The notes under the pieces are model-generated. The model was not told where the DNA came from. It made no database searches and worked only from the letters and a program-made list of their open reading frames with translations. 63,847 nt of DNA from Actinomycetales bacterium (lineage in GTDB: Bacteria > Actinomycetota > Actinomycetes > JAJZTN01). The DNA is taken from positions 1-63,847 of the forward strand of contig JBQCDV010000155.1 of assembly GCA_051960855.1 (NCBI GenBank), in the 5' to 3' direction. Below, one piece after another: positions 48,491 to 58,761 of the stretch. The translations under genes were made by a program, and so were the position numbers. How positions within the stretch are numbered: position 1 is the stretch's first letter; every line of letters begins with the position of its first letter.

Positions 48491-48891
48491 CTTCGGCTAC
48501 CGCTTCCGGCTTACTGCCGCTGCTCGCGCGGACATTTGCGGTCGCACGACAGCCAGAAGTGCACCCGCGAGCAGTGCACCCGCCTCAACCGCACCCCATC
48601 AGCACCTGACGAGCCAGACCCAGGAGGGGCAGCAGGAGACCGTCGAGCGGTCCCTCACGCTGGGCGCCTCGCGCCTCGACGTCGGGCAGCGGCGTCAGGC
48701 AGAGACGCCGAGGGGGCCGCAGGCACCGGGCTCCGGTAACTGCGGCCCCTTGGCGGAGGAGCGATCTGTTGCGCTGCAAGCGCTACGCGCGCGGCCCGAA
48801 CGGCGAGGTCCTGGTCGGGCGCCGTTCGTCACTCAGGGTGTCGAGCAGCTCACGCAACCCCCATGACGTTGCCTGCTCGCCACAGAGGGGG

Positions 48892-49473
48892 TTAGGCCTG
48901 GCGGCGGACGGCCTGCACGTCGAGCTCGAGCTTGACCTTCTTGGACACCAGCACGCCGCCGGACTCGAGAGCGACGTTCCAGGTCAGGCCCCACTCCTCG
49001 CGGTCGACCTCGGTGCTGGCGGTGAACCCGACACGCTCGCCGCCCCAGGGGTCGCCACCGACGCCGTCAACCTCGACGGTCAGCTCGACGGGCTTCGTGA
49101 CGTCCTTGATCGTGAGGTCGCCGACGAGGATGAAGTTGCCCTTGCTGACCTCGCGGACCGAGGTCGAGCGGAAGCTGATGGTGGGGTAGTTCTCGACGTC
49201 GAAGAAGTCCGCCGACTTGAGGTGCGCGTCACGGCTGGCGTCGCCGGAGTCGATCGAGGCGACCTGCGCGGTGAACTCCGCGGAACTGGCGAGGGCGTCC
49301 TCGGCGATCGTGATGCTGCCGGTGAAGTCTGTGAAGCGGCCACGGACCTTGGTCACCATGAGGTGGCGGGCGACGAAGCCGACGGTGGTGTGCGACTTGT
49401 CGATGTCGAAGATGCCGGGCGTCGGCACCTCGGCGCCGTTGACCTCGCGGGTGGCAATGGCGGTGTCGGACAT
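48892..49473 (-). CDS. YceI family lipid/polyisoprenoid-binding protein
   Basis: IDKSHTTVGFVARHL, RDAHLKSADFFDV..YP.I.F.ST, GDLTIK..TKPV. Confidence 0.93.
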   Translation of the reverse strand: MSDTAIATREVNGAEVPTPGIFDIDKSHTTVGFVARHLMVTKVRGRFTDFTGSITIAEDALASSAEFTAQVASIDSGDASRDAHLKSADFFDVENYPTISFRSTSVREVSKGNFILVGDLTIKDVTKPVELTVEVDGVGGDPWGGERVGFTASTEVDREEWGLTWNVALESGGVLVSKKVKLELDVQAVRRQA

Positions 49474-49609
49474 GGGTCCTCCTGTGAGAAGAGCGGAGCG
49501 CGGGGCTCCTGGCTGCGAATGACGCGGGCGGCTGCGCCGCTGTCGTTGTCGTGAGCAATGTTGTAGCGGAAAATATTTCGCGCCGCAACCACTGGGGTAG
49601 GATGGCGCT

Positions 49610-50128
49610 ATGCGCTCGGACAGCACGGCACTGGCAGCCCGCCCCCTCCACGACGACGACCGCCTCACCGCGATGGGGCTGCTCGAGGAGACCCGCGCGG
49701 GCGTCTCCGAGCTGCTCGCGCCTCAGCTGGCCGAGCACGGGCTATCGGTGCTCGAGTTCGTCGTTCTCCTGCGGCTGGGCCGCTCCCCCGGCGAGCGGCT
49801 GCGCATGGCCGACCTGGCCACGCAGGTGCTGCTGTCAGCCAGCGGCCTCACGCGCGTCATCGACCGCATCGAGAACCAGGGGCTCGTGGAGCGCACGAGC
49901 TGCCGCGAAGACCGCCGTGGCACCTGGGCTGTGCTGACGCCTGCCGGACGCGAGCGGCTCGACGCGGCCCTGCCCGGTCACGTCGCCGGCATCGACGAGC
50001 ACTTCACCGGGCTGCTCGAGCCCGACGAGCTGGCCGAGCTGATGCGGCTGCTGCGCAAGGTCCGCGACGTGGTGCGGCCAGGGGCGACAGCCGGAGCCGA
50101 GGCGTCGTCCTCCTGCGACGGGAGCTGA
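49610..50128 (+). CDS. MarR family regulator
   Basis: LRMADLA..V.LS.SGLTR.IDR.E..GLV.R...EDRRG...LT..G; divergent from yceI. Confidence 0.92.
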   Translation: MRSDSTALAARPLHDDDRLTAMGLLEETRAGVSELLAPQLAEHGLSVLEFVVLLRLGRSPGERLRMADLATQVLLSASGLTRVIDRIENQGLVERTSCREDRRGTWAVLTPAGRERLDAALPGHVAGIDEHFTGLLEPDELAELMRLLRKVRDVVRPGATAGAEASSSCDGS

Positions 50129-50159
50129 CCTCGCCCGGCTGGGCGAGACCTGCTCGGCG

Positions 50160-50597
50160 TCAGTCGTCGGCGGGCGGCCGGCGCAGCTGTGCGTCGACTT
50201 CCCGCTGGTCGGCCTCGCGGTCGCGCTCGTCCGCCCGGCGGTCACGCTCGTCGGCCTCTCTGTCCCGCGCGTCCGAGGCGCGGTCACGCTCCCTGGCCGC
50301 GTCGTCGGCCGCACACTCCCGGCGGACGTGATGCGCCTCCATCCGGGTCAGTGACTGCTCGCGGTCATCGATGGCGAGTTCGCGGGCATCGGCAAGGGTG
50401 CGGCGCAACTCGCCGTCGATGTCGCGTTGGTCCGACTGTCGGTCGCGCTCGTCGGCCTCGCGGTCACGCTCGTCGGCGAGGCGGTCACGCTCGTCGGCCT
50501 CGCGGTCACGCTCGTCGGCCTCGCGGTCGCGCTCGTCGGCGAGGCGGTCGCGCTCCGCGGGCGTGACGGGATCGCGACGTTGACTGTCCGACGCCAT
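50160..50597 (-). CDS. Charged heptad-repeat (ADERDRE/L) hypothetical protein
   Basis: 21-bp tandem repeats at about 50440-50555 and 50205-50295 give 7-aa repeats; no RBS evident. Confidence 0.55.
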   Translation of the reverse strand: MASDSQRRDPVTPAERDRLADERDREADERDREADERDRLADERDREADERDRQSDQRDIDGELRRTLADARELAIDDREQSLTRMEAHHVRRECAADDAARERDRASDARDREADERDRRADERDREADQREVDAQLRRPPADD

Positions 50598-50688
50598 GCG
50601 TCGAGGATCGCACGTCCAGGTTTGCGTGGCGCTGCCGGTCGGCCAGAATGGCCGGCTACGCCATCGGAAGCAGACCGAGGGAGCCGGA

Positions 50689-51882
50689 GTGCCGGACGGG
50701 CAGAGGGACGCCGACAGCGGCGAAGACGACAACGGTGTGCACCGGCTACGCCGCCGCCTCGAGGTCCTGACGGGCACGCCGTTCACCGAAGGAAACCAGG
50801 TCGACGTCCTGCGCAACGGCGACCGCATCTTCCCGGCCATGCTCGAAGCGATCGGTGCCGCGACCCGCACCGTCGACCTCATGACGTTTGTCTACTGGCG
50901 GGGCGACATCGCTGTCCGCTTCGCGGAGACGATGGCGGAGAGGGCCCGTGCGGGCGTCCGTGTCCGCCTGCTCATCGACGCCCTCGGCGGCCGCCTCATC
51001 GACTCCCAGCTCGTGCGGCTGATGTCCGAGGCTGGCGTCCAGGTCGAGTGGTTCCGCAAGCCGGTGATGGTCTCGCCTTTCAAGAGCAACCACCGGCTGC
51101 ACCGGAAGGTGTGCGTGGTGGACGGCGCCGTGGCCTTCGTCGGTGGCGTGGGGATCGCCGAAGAGTGGTGCGGTGACGCTCGGGACGAGCGGGAGTGGCG
51201 GGACACCCACCTGCGCGTGCGGGGTCCAGCCGTCGACGGACTGCAGGCGGCTTTCACGCAGGACTGGGCCGAGACAGGGCGCGGGCTCTACGACGACGTC
51301 GACCGCTTCCCCGAGCAGCCCCAGCCCGGGCAGACCGTCGTGCAGATCCTCCGCGGCTCGGCGAGTCTCGGGTGGGACGACCTGCAGACCTGCCTGTTCA
51401 CTCTGCTCTGCGAATCCCGGGAGCGCTTGCGGATCGCGAGCGCCTACTTCGCACCCGACCGGGACTTCCTCGACCTGCTTTGCCGAACGGCGCAGCGCGG
51501 GGTGCAGGTCCAGCTGCTGCTGCCGGGTCCGCACGCGGACAAGCGGGTGTGCCAGCTGACGAGCGAGTCGGACTACCAGACGCTGCTCGACGGCGGAGTC
51601 GAGGTCTACCACTTCCAGCCGTCGATGATGCACCAGAAGGTCATCACCCTCGACGGCGTCGCAAGCGTCGTCGGCTCCTCGAACTTCAACCGCCGCTCGA
51701 TGGACCATGACGAGGAGGTCGTCGCCGTGCTGCTCGATGCCGACCTGACCGCGCAGCTCGACACCGACCTCGACGCGGACCTCGAGCGAAGCGTCCGGAT
51801 CTCCTCACGGCGGTGGCAGCAGCGGTCGCTGACGCAGCGGACGCTGGAGAAGGCGACCGTGCCGTTGCGACGGTGGATGTAG
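50689..51882 (+). CDS. Phospholipase D family, cardiolipin-synthase-like
   Basis: Two HKD motifs (LHRKVCVVD...GG.GI; MHQKVITLD...GSSN); GTG after GAGGGAG. Confidence 0.9.
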   Translation: MPDGQRDADSGEDDNGVHRLRRRLEVLTGTPFTEGNQVDVLRNGDRIFPAMLEAIGAATRTVDLMTFVYWRGDIAVRFAETMAERARAGVRVRLLIDALGGRLIDSQLVRLMSEAGVQVEWFRKPVMVSPFKSNHRLHRKVCVVDGAVAFVGGVGIAEEWCGDARDEREWRDTHLRVRGPAVDGLQAAFTQDWAETGRGLYDDVDRFPEQPQPGQTVVQILRGSASLGWDDLQTCLFTLLCESRERLRIASAYFAPDRDFLDLLCRTAQRGVQVQLLLPGPHADKRVCQLTSESDYQTLLDGGVEVYHFQPSMMHQKVITLDGVASVVGSSNFNRRSMDHDEEVVAVLLDADLTAQLDTDLDADLERSVRISSRRWQQRSLTQRTLEKATVPLRRWM

Positions 51883-51892
51883 CGGCGAGCGG

Positions 51893-52813
51893 TCAGTCCG
51901 ACGGGCGGTAGAGCGACCAGGCGGCCGGGCTCACCCGCCACGTCCTCTCACGCCGGTCGCCGAGCAGCTCGCCGTCCTCGTTGACCTCGAAGGGCTCCCC
52001 CGCCACGCGCACCTCGCGACCGCGCATGGTCATGACGTCATCGCGCCCCGGGTGTCGTCCCCCCTTGAGTGCGAGCGCGTAGCCGAGCCGCGCGAGAGCC
52101 GTCTGCGGAAACGACACGACGACGTCGAGCAGGTGATCGTCCGCGGCCGCGCCGGGAGCCAGCGGCGTCCCGCCACCGATGGTGCGACCGTTGCCGATCC
52201 CCACCATCAGGACCGAGCGGTCGAAATCCGTTACGCAGACATCATCTACCGTCACGGCGACGCGAAGTGACCGCGTACCGGCCGCTGCCGCCGCTCCGAG
52301 CACGTAGCCCAACGGCCCGAGAGCTCGCTTCAGCCGTTGGCCTCGTCGCGCGGCCACGGCGCCGACCCCCACGTGGGCAGCGTTGACGACAACCCTGCCG
52401 TCGTCGGCCACAACAGCGTCCATCTCGGCGAGACTGCCCGTCCGAATCGCGTCAGCCGCCGCGGTTGCGGCAGCGATCGGGTCGGACGGCACACCAGCAG
52501 AGCGGGCGAAATCGTTGCCGGTCCCAAGGGGCAGCAAGGCCAGCGGGTGACCGACGCTGAGTCGACGGCGCGTCGCCAGCAGGTTGACGACGACGTTCAG
52601 GCTGCCGTCTCCGCCCGCCACGACCAGCGCCGTTCGTGGATCGAGGGTGTCGAGGGTGGCAGCGAGCTCCTCCGGGCCCTCACTCCACGCCACCCGAGTC
52701 TGGGCGACTGCCGCGAGCAGCTCCTGGCAGCGTCCGAGGACGTCGCGCTCCGCAGAGCCGGCGGAAGCGTTGGCGAGCACCAGGATGCGCTCGGGTGGCG
52801 CCGCGGCGGACAT
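51893..52813 (-). CDS. Diacylglycerol/lipid kinase family protein
   Basis: LANASAG, VAGGDGSL, LPLGTGNDFAR, GNGRTIGGG, NEDGE; 2 nt downstream of the dinG stop. Confidence 0.9.
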   Translation of the reverse strand: MSAAAPPERILVLANASAGSAERDVLGRCQELLAAVAQTRVAWSEGPEELAATLDTLDPRTALVVAGGDGSLNVVVNLLATRRRLSVGHPLALLPLGTGNDFARSAGVPSDPIAAATAAADAIRTGSLAEMDAVVADDGRVVVNAAHVGVGAVAARRGQRLKRALGPLGYVLGAAAAAGTRSLRVAVTVDDVCVTDFDRSVLMVGIGNGRTIGGGTPLAPGAAADDHLLDVVVSFPQTALARLGYALALKGGRHPGRDDVMTMRGREVRVAGEPFEVNEDGELLGDRRERTWRVSPAAWSLYRPSD

Positions 52814-52815
52814 GT

Positions 52816-54939
52816 TCAGCTCGCCGCGGCGAGCCGGGCGTCAGCGGCGGTGGCCAGCGCACGCAACGAGGTCCGCACCTGCTGGGGGTCGTTCGTCGAC
52901 CAGAAGGGTGGCAGCGAGGCCCGCAGGAAGCCGCCATAGCGCGCGGTGGACAGCCGCGGGTCGAGCACCGCCACGACACCCCGGTCCTCCGAGCGCCGGA
53001 TCAACCGCCCCACACCCTGCGCCAGTCGCAGCGCCGCGTAGGACGCCGACACGGTCATGAAGCCGTTGCCCCCGGCCCGCTCGACCGCGCGGGCGCGAGC
53101 CGAGGCCAGCGGGTCGTCCGGCCGCGGGAAGGGGATCCGGTCGATGAGCACCAGCGAGCAGGCCTCGCCGGGCACGTCGACGCCCTGCCACAGAGACAAC
53201 GTGCCGAACAGGCAGGACGTCGCGTCCTCGGCGAACGTCGACACCAGCGCCGAGGTGCGGTCCTCCCCCTGGCACGCCACGGTGATTCCGGCCAGCTCGG
53301 GACGGGTGCGTACGGCCTCGGCAGCCGCCTTCGCCGCCCGCATGGACGAGAACAGGCCGAGGGTGCGACCCCCGGCCGCCGCGATGAGCTCGACGATCTC
53401 CTCGAGGACAGCAGGAGAAGTGCCGTCCCGCCCCGGCGGCGGCAGGTGCTTGGCGACGTAGAGGATCCCCTGCCGCCGGTAGTCGAAGGGCGAACCCACG
53501 TCCAGCCCCCGCCACCGGGCGTCACTGTCCGAACGGCGCCCGCGCGGCTCCTCGCCATTCGCGGGCTCGGCCGACCGAGGTGAGGGGACGGCGGCGTTCG
53601 CGCTCTCGGGGTCAGGGTCCTCCGCCTCTGCATCGTGGGAGAGGGCAGCGGCGACGGCGCTCGCTGGCACCGCGAGCGCGTCGTCCTCACCCGACAGGCC
53701 GACCGAGCGGGCGATGCCGTCGAAGGCGCCGCCGAGCGTGAGGGTCGCCGAGGTCAGCACGACCGTGTGCTTGTCGAACAGCGCCACACGCAGCAGCCCG
53801 TTGACGGCGAGAGGAGCAGCGTGCAGGACGGGACCACGTCGCTCGTCCTGGGTCAGCCACACGACGTCGAAGTCGCCGTGCGCTGCAATGCGCTCGGCGG
53901 CGGAGTGGACCGGCTCGACTCCACTCCGGGCGAAGAGCTTCGCTGCGTCGTCGGAGGAACGCTCGGCCGACAGGGCCTGCATGACCTCGCGTGCGGTCTC
54001 GCGGATCTCCGCCACCGTCTGAGTGAGGTTGTCGGGCAGCCGGTCGATCCGGCCGTCGGGGAGCGCGGCGAGGACGAACTCGAGCTTCTCCCCGGCCCGC
54101 TGCAGCAGCGTGTTGGCCGGATGCTCGCGTCCCAGCACCCGGGCGGCCCGCTTGACGGCGCGGTCGACCAGACCGGCGGACAGCTCGTCGGTGGAGGCGC
54201 CCGTGACCCGGTCGACGAGCTCGTGGCCCTCGTCGATGACGACGACGTCGTGCTCGGGCAGGATCGGATGGCCTTCTAGCGTGGCGATCGCGAGCAGCGC
54301 GTGGTTGGTGACGACGACGTCGGCTTCCTTGGCCTGCTCGCGGGCGGCTTCGACGAAGCACCTGTCGGCGACCGGGCACTTCGACCCCAGACAGTCGCGG
54401 CCGCTGACGGCCACCTGTGACCACGCCCGGTCGGAGACCCCCGGCTGCAGCTCGTCCCGGTCGCCGGTCCGGGAGTCCTGCGCCCACTCCCGGACTCGCA
54501 TCACCTCGCGGCCCAGGACGGAGGTCGCGCTCGCCGCGAACAGCGAGTCCTGCTCGTCGTCGTCGGGCAGTCCGCCTTCGAGGCGGTTGACGCAGACGTA
54601 GTTGTGGCGGCCCTTGACCATCCCGAACGTCGCCCTGCGGGGCAGCAGCGGTGCCAACGCCTCGGTCACCCGGGGCAGGTCGCGCGCGACGATCTGCTGC
54701 TGCAGCGCGATCGTCGCGGTCGCCACCACGACGGGAGTCCCGGTGTCGACCGCGTGCAGGATCGCCGGCACCAGGTAGGCCAGCGACTTGCCCGTGCCAG
54801 TACCTGCCTGGACAAGCAGGTGCTCGCCGGTCTGCATGGCATGGGTGACCGCCTCGGCCATGGCGACCTGCCCCGGTCGCTCGGCACCCCCGACGGCTGC
54901 GACGGCAGCAGTGAGAGCATCGCGGGTCAGGTCGGGCAC
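52816..54939 (-). CDS. dinG: DinG family Fe-S ATP-dependent DNA helicase
   Basis: ERPGQ, QAGTGTGKS, Fe-S Cys (YVC...DCLGSKCP...C), IDEGH, LTSATL, SLWQGVDVPG, QGVGRLIRR; TACCGT 6 nt before GTG suggests a leaderless start. Confidence 0.93.
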   Translation of the reverse strand: MPDLTRDALTAAVAAVGGAERPGQVAMAEAVTHAMQTGEHLLVQAGTGTGKSLAYLVPAILHAVDTGTPVVVATATIALQQQIVARDLPRVTEALAPLLPRRATFGMVKGRHNYVCVNRLEGGLPDDDEQDSLFAASATSVLGREVMRVREWAQDSRTGDRDELQPGVSDRAWSQVAVSGRDCLGSKCPVADRCFVEAAREQAKEADVVVTNHALLAIATLEGHPILPEHDVVVIDEGHELVDRVTGASTDELSAGLVDRAVKRAARVLGREHPANTLLQRAGEKLEFVLAALPDGRIDRLPDNLTQTVAEIRETAREVMQALSAERSSDDAAKLFARSGVEPVHSAAERIAAHGDFDVVWLTQDERRGPVLHAAPLAVNGLLRVALFDKHTVVLTSATLTLGGAFDGIARSVGLSGEDDALAVPASAVAAALSHDAEAEDPDPESANAAVPSPRSAEPANGEEPRGRRSDSDARWRGLDVGSPFDYRRQGILYVAKHLPPPGRDGTSPAVLEEIVELIAAAGGRTLGLFSSMRAAKAAAEAVRTRPELAGITVACQGEDRTSALVSTFAEDATSCLFGTLSLWQGVDVPGEACSLVLIDRIPFPRPDDPLASARARAVERAGGNGFMTVSASYAALRLAQGVGRLIRRSEDRGVVAVLDPRLSTARYGGFLRASLPPFWSTNDPQQVRTSLRALATAADARLAAAS

Positions 54940-55000
54940 TGGTTCACGGTACCTGGGCACGCGAGCGGTTTCAGGCTGCCGCGCTGGCCTGTGGACCGGG

Positions 55001-55339
55001 TCAGTCGGCGGCGAGAATCTCGGCAGGAGGCCCGCCAGGGGTGCCTGCAGGAGTGCCGGCGAGCAGTGCTCCGGCGAACGGCCCGCGCGTCGGTGCGAAC
55101 TCGATGACCTCATAGCGGGCGAGCCCCTGCTGGGCGAACGGGTCCTCCGACACCAGCTCCTCCACGCGCTTCCGGCTCTCACCCCGCGCCAGGATCACCC
55201 CACCGACCCGGGGCTGCCGAGGCCCGGAGGCGAGGAACTCCCCGGAGGCGAAGTGCCGGTCCAGGTAGAGCCGGTGATCGGCCAGCGCGGCGTCGATCGC
55301 CTCCAGCGGCGCCACGTAGGTGAGGACCAGGACGAACAT
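55001..55339 (-). CDS. YciI family protein
   Basis: H..YL......G..LASGP...R.GG.IL, DPF...G. Confidence 0.85.
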   Translation of the reverse strand: MFVLVLTYVAPLEAIDAALADHRLYLDRHFASGEFLASGPRQPRVGGVILARGESRKRVEELVSEDPFAQQGLARYEVIEFAPTRGPFAGALLAGTPAGTPGGPPAEILAAD

Positions 55340-55525
55340 CGTCTCGACGGGGTCCCCGGACGGGGGCGGGATGGACGGCACGACGGCAAGCATCGCGGGC
55401 TGCGTTCGGGACGGGGGTGTCTCCGGGCGGCGTGTCGCCGCGGATCTGTCTCAGGGGTGCTCTGGGTGTACGGAAACTCGCGCAGTAGCGCAAGTTTCTG
55501 CGCAGTCAGAGCTAGCGTCGGCGAG

Positions 55526-56275
55526 GTGGAAGGGCGAGAGACGGACCCGTCAGGCCAGAACCTGCCTCCCGCGGTGGTCGCACTCGCCCGGCGACTGACA
55601 GAGGTGCCCTGGGTAACGGACCTGTGGGTCGCCGGCTCGCTGGCCACAGGCGACTACGTCCCCGGAGTCAGCGACCTCGATCTGGTGGCCCTCACCGACG
55701 GCCCCGTCGACCCGGGCCGGGTGGCTGTTCTGAGGCGCATGCACCGAGAGCTCGATCGCGGAAGTGCCGCGGGTGCCTGCCTGGGATGCGTCTACGTGGC
55801 ATCCGAGGCACTCGACGACCCAGCCCGGGCGCACCCGACGTGGACGCATGGCCGGCTGGTGCAGCGGATCCTGTCCGGCATCACTCGCGCCGAGCTCGTG
55901 CGAGCCGGAGTGACAGTCCTCGGACGGCTACCGCGCGAGGTGCTGCCCCCGATGTCCGATGACGCCGTCCGGGCGGCGGGACTCGCGGAGGTCTCCGGCT
56001 ACTGGTCCTGGGCGGCACGCCGTCCCTGGCTGTGGCTCGACCCGGCGCTCGCCGACCTCGGTCTCACCTCGATGTCCCGCGCGCGACACACTGCCTCGAC
56101 CGGGCAGCTGCTGTCGAAGACCTCGGCGATCGAGGGCGTCCGTCCGCTCTGGCTGCGGGAGCAGTTGCGGGCCAGACGGCAGGGACGCCAGGTGCAGTCA
56201 CCGCGGCTGCGGATCGCCTGGATCGCCTGGCAGGACGCGCGCGCGACGTGCCGGAGCCTCTGCCAGGAGACGTAA
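55526..56275 (+). CDS. Nucleotidyltransferase-domain protein (DNA pol beta superfamily)
   Basis: GSLATGDY.PG.SDLDLV signature; start approximate. Confidence 0.8.
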   Translation: MEGRETDPSGQNLPPAVVALARRLTEVPWVTDLWVAGSLATGDYVPGVSDLDLVALTDGPVDPGRVAVLRRMHRELDRGSAAGACLGCVYVASEALDDPARAHPTWTHGRLVQRILSGITRAELVRAGVTVLGRLPREVLPPMSDDAVRAAGLAEVSGYWSWAARRPWLWLDPALADLGLTSMSRARHTASTGQLLSKTSAIEGVRPLWLREQLRARRQGRQVQSPRLRIAWIAWQDARATCRSLCQET

Positions 56276-56280
56276 CGGGC

Positions 56281-57048
56281 TCAGGGCAGGGCGGCGGCGA
56301 GGGTGTCGCAGGCCCGGGAGAGGGCGGCGACCGCGCGCTGGTCGAAGTCACCCGTCATCCGCTGCTCGGGGCCGGAGACCGAGATGGCGATGCGGGCGGT
56401 GTCGGTAGGGACGGCCATCGCGAGGCAGCGGACACCGATCTCCTGCTCACCGTCGTCGATCGCGTAGCCGCGGTCCCGGGTCGCCGCGAGCTCGGCGAGC
56501 AGGGCGTCGACCTCGGTCACGGTCCGCTCGGTCGAGGCCGGCATGCCGACCCGTTCGAGGATGGCCCGGACCTGCTGCTCGGGCAGCCGGGCGAGCAGGG
56601 CCTTGCCGACACCGGTGCAGTGCGGATGCACCCGTCGCCCGACCTCGGTGAACATGCGCATCGACCGGGGCGAGGGCACCTGCCCGATGTAGGCGACGAG
56701 GTCCCCGTCCAGCACGGCGAGATTGGCTGACTCCCCCAGCTCGGCGACCAGGCCGGCGAGCACCGGGCGGGTGGCCGGTCCCAGGAGTGACTCGGCGGCC
56801 TCCCCCAGCGGCACCAGCCGGAAGCCCAGGGCGTAGCGGCGGTCGGGCAGCTGCCGCATGTAGCCGAGGGAGACCAGAGTGCCGAGCAGCCGGTGAATCG
56901 TGCCGGGCGCGAGTCCGGTAGCCGTGGCCAAGTCACTCAGCGTCGCACGGCCACCGGCGGCAGCGGCGGCCTCCAGGAGGTCGAAGGCGCGCTGAATGGA
57001 CTGCACCGCCCCGGAGCCGGCGGGCTCGGCCACGACGTCTTTCCGCAC
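56281..57048 (-). CDS. IclR family regulator
   Basis: [19 protein letters not shown]...[29 protein letters not shown]. Confidence 0.95.
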   Translation of the reverse strand: MRKDVVAEPAGSGAVQSIQRAFDLLEAAAAAGGRATLSDLATATGLAPGTIHRLLGTLVSLGYMRQLPDRRYALGFRLVPLGEAAESLLGPATRPVLAGLVAELGESANLAVLDGDLVAYIGQVPSPRSMRMFTEVGRRVHPHCTGVGKALLARLPEQQVRAILERVGMPASTERTVTEVDALLAELAATRDRGYAIDDGEQEIGVRCLAMAVPTDTARIAISVSGPEQRMTGDFDQRAVAALSRACDTLAAALP

Positions 57049-57154
57049 AGCAGAAACGGTAGCCCAAGAGGCGGAAGGCTACCCGTTGACCGACGTGTCC
57101 GGACGTCCTACGGTTCCCTTCCAACACAAGGAAGAGCAGTTCCGCTATCCGGAA
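57041..57154. promoter_or_regulatory. Two related palindromic IclR-type operator candidates
   Basis: TTCCGCACAGCAGAA (57041-57055, overlapping the iclR start) and TTCCGCTATCCGGAA (57140-57154, just before aceB). Confidence 0.6.
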
Positions 57155-57165
57155 AGGCAGCGCCG

Positions 57166-58761
57166 ATGTCGACCCCTTCGTCCCTTCCCACCCCTGACGG
57201 CGTCGAGGTCACCGGTCCGCTCGGGCCTCGCTACGACGAGATCCTCACGACCGAGGCGCTCGAGCTGCTGGCCGACCTGCACCGTCGCTTCGACGTTCGG
57301 CGTCGCGAGCTCCTGCAAGCTCGCGCCGACCGCTACGACGAGCTGGCCCGGGGCGGGACGCTGCAGTTCCTCGAGGAGACCAAGGACATCCGCGAGGGCG
57401 ACTGGCAGGTGGCGCCCCCGGCACCGGGCATCGTCGACCGCCGCGTCGAGATCACCGGCCCGACCGACCGCAAGATGACGATCAACGCGCTCAACTCCGG
57501 CGCGAAGGTGTGGCTGGCGGACTTCGAGGACGCCTCGACCCCCACGTGGCAGAACGTCATCGAGGGTCAGCTCAACCTGCGTGACGCCCTCGACCGTCAG
57601 ATCGACTTCACCTCACCGGAGGGCAAGACCTACGCCCTCGGCGAGGAGACCGCGACGATGGTCGTGCGGCCGCGCGGCTGGCACCTGACGGAGAAGCACA
57701 TCCTCGTCGACGGCGAGCCGATGGCGGGGGCGCTGGTGGACTTCGGGCTCTACCTCTTCCACTGCGGCCAGCGGCAGCTCGACTCCGGCCGGGGTCCCTA
57801 CTTCTACCTGCCGAAGATGGAGAGCCACCTCGAGGCCCGGCTCTGGAACGACGTCTTCATCCGAGCGCAGGAGATCGTCGGTATCCCCCGTGGCACGATC
57901 CGCGCGACCTGCCTCATCGAGACCTACCCGGCAGCCTTCGAGATGGAGGAGATCCTCTACGAGCTGCGCGAGCACTCAGCGGGTCTCAACGCCGGCCGCT
58001 GGGACTACATCTTCAGCGCCATCAAGAAGTTCCGCACGCGCGGCAAGGACTTCATGCTCCCCGACCGCGCACAGGTCACGATGACCGTGCCGTTCATGCG
58101 GGCCTACACCGAGCTGCTGGTGCACACCTGCCACAAGCGCGGGGCGCACGCGATCGGTGGCATGGCGGCCTTCATCCCCTCGCGCAAGGACCCGGAGGTC
58201 AACGAGACCGCCCTGGCCAAGGTGCGCGAGGACAAGACGCGAGAGGCCAACGACGGCTTCGACGGCTCCTGGGTCGCTCATCCGGACCTGGTGCCGATCT
58301 GCAAGGAGGTCTTCGACTCGGTGTTGGGCGACAAGCCCAACCAGATTGACCGCAAGCGCGACGACGTGTCGGTGACGGCCGAGCAGCTGCTGGACGTCGC
58401 GTCGACGCCTGGCAACGTCACGGAAGCGGGGCTGCGCAACAACATCAGCGTCGGGATCCAGTACCTCGCCGCATGGCTCAAGGGCTCCGGAGCGGTCGGC
58501 ATCTTCAACCTGATGGAGGACGCTGCGACCGCCGAGATCTCCCGGTCGCAGGTGTGGCAGTGGCTGCACAACGACATCCAGCTCGACAACGGCCAGACGG
58601 TCACGCGTGAGCTGGTCGAGCGAATCGCCGACGAGGAGATCGCCAAGCTGCCCGGCAGCCCCGAGGACTACGCCGAGGCACGCCGCACCTTCATGGAGGT
58701 CGCTGTGGCTGACGACTTCGCGGAGTTCCTGACACTGCCGGCCTACGAGCGCATGCCATGA
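57166..58761 (+). CDS. aceB: Malate synthase A
   Basis: [71 protein letters not shown]. Confidence 0.97.
   Translation: MSTPSSLPTPDGVEVTGPLGPRYDEILTTEALELLADLHRRFDVRRRELLQARADRYDELARGGTLQFLEETKDIREGDWQVAPPAPGIVDRRVEITGPTDRKMTINALNSGAKVWLADFEDASTPTWQNVIEGQLNLRDALDRQIDFTSPEGKTYALGEETATMVVRPRGWHLTEKHILVDGEPMAGALVDFGLYLFHCGQRQLDSGRGPYFYLPKMESHLEARLWNDVFIRAQEIVGIPRGTIRATCLIETYPAAFEMEEILYELREHSAGLNAGRWDYIFSAIKKFRTRGKDFMLPDRAQVTMTVPFMRAYTELLVHTCHKRGAHAIGGMAAFIPSRKDPEVNETALAKVREDKTREANDGFDGSWVAHPDLVPICKEVFDSVLGDKPNQIDRKRDDVSVTAEQLLDVASTPGNVTEAGLRNNISVGIQYLAAWLKGSGAVGIFNLMEDAATAEISRSQVWQWLHNDIQLDNGQTVTRELVERIADEEIAKLPGSPEDYAEARRTFMEVAVADDFAEFLTLPAYERMP

Noticed and set aside
48560-48890. Short ORFs between the cupin remnant and yceI
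   Set aside because: No RBS, motif or consistent coding bias; treated as degenerate/intergenic
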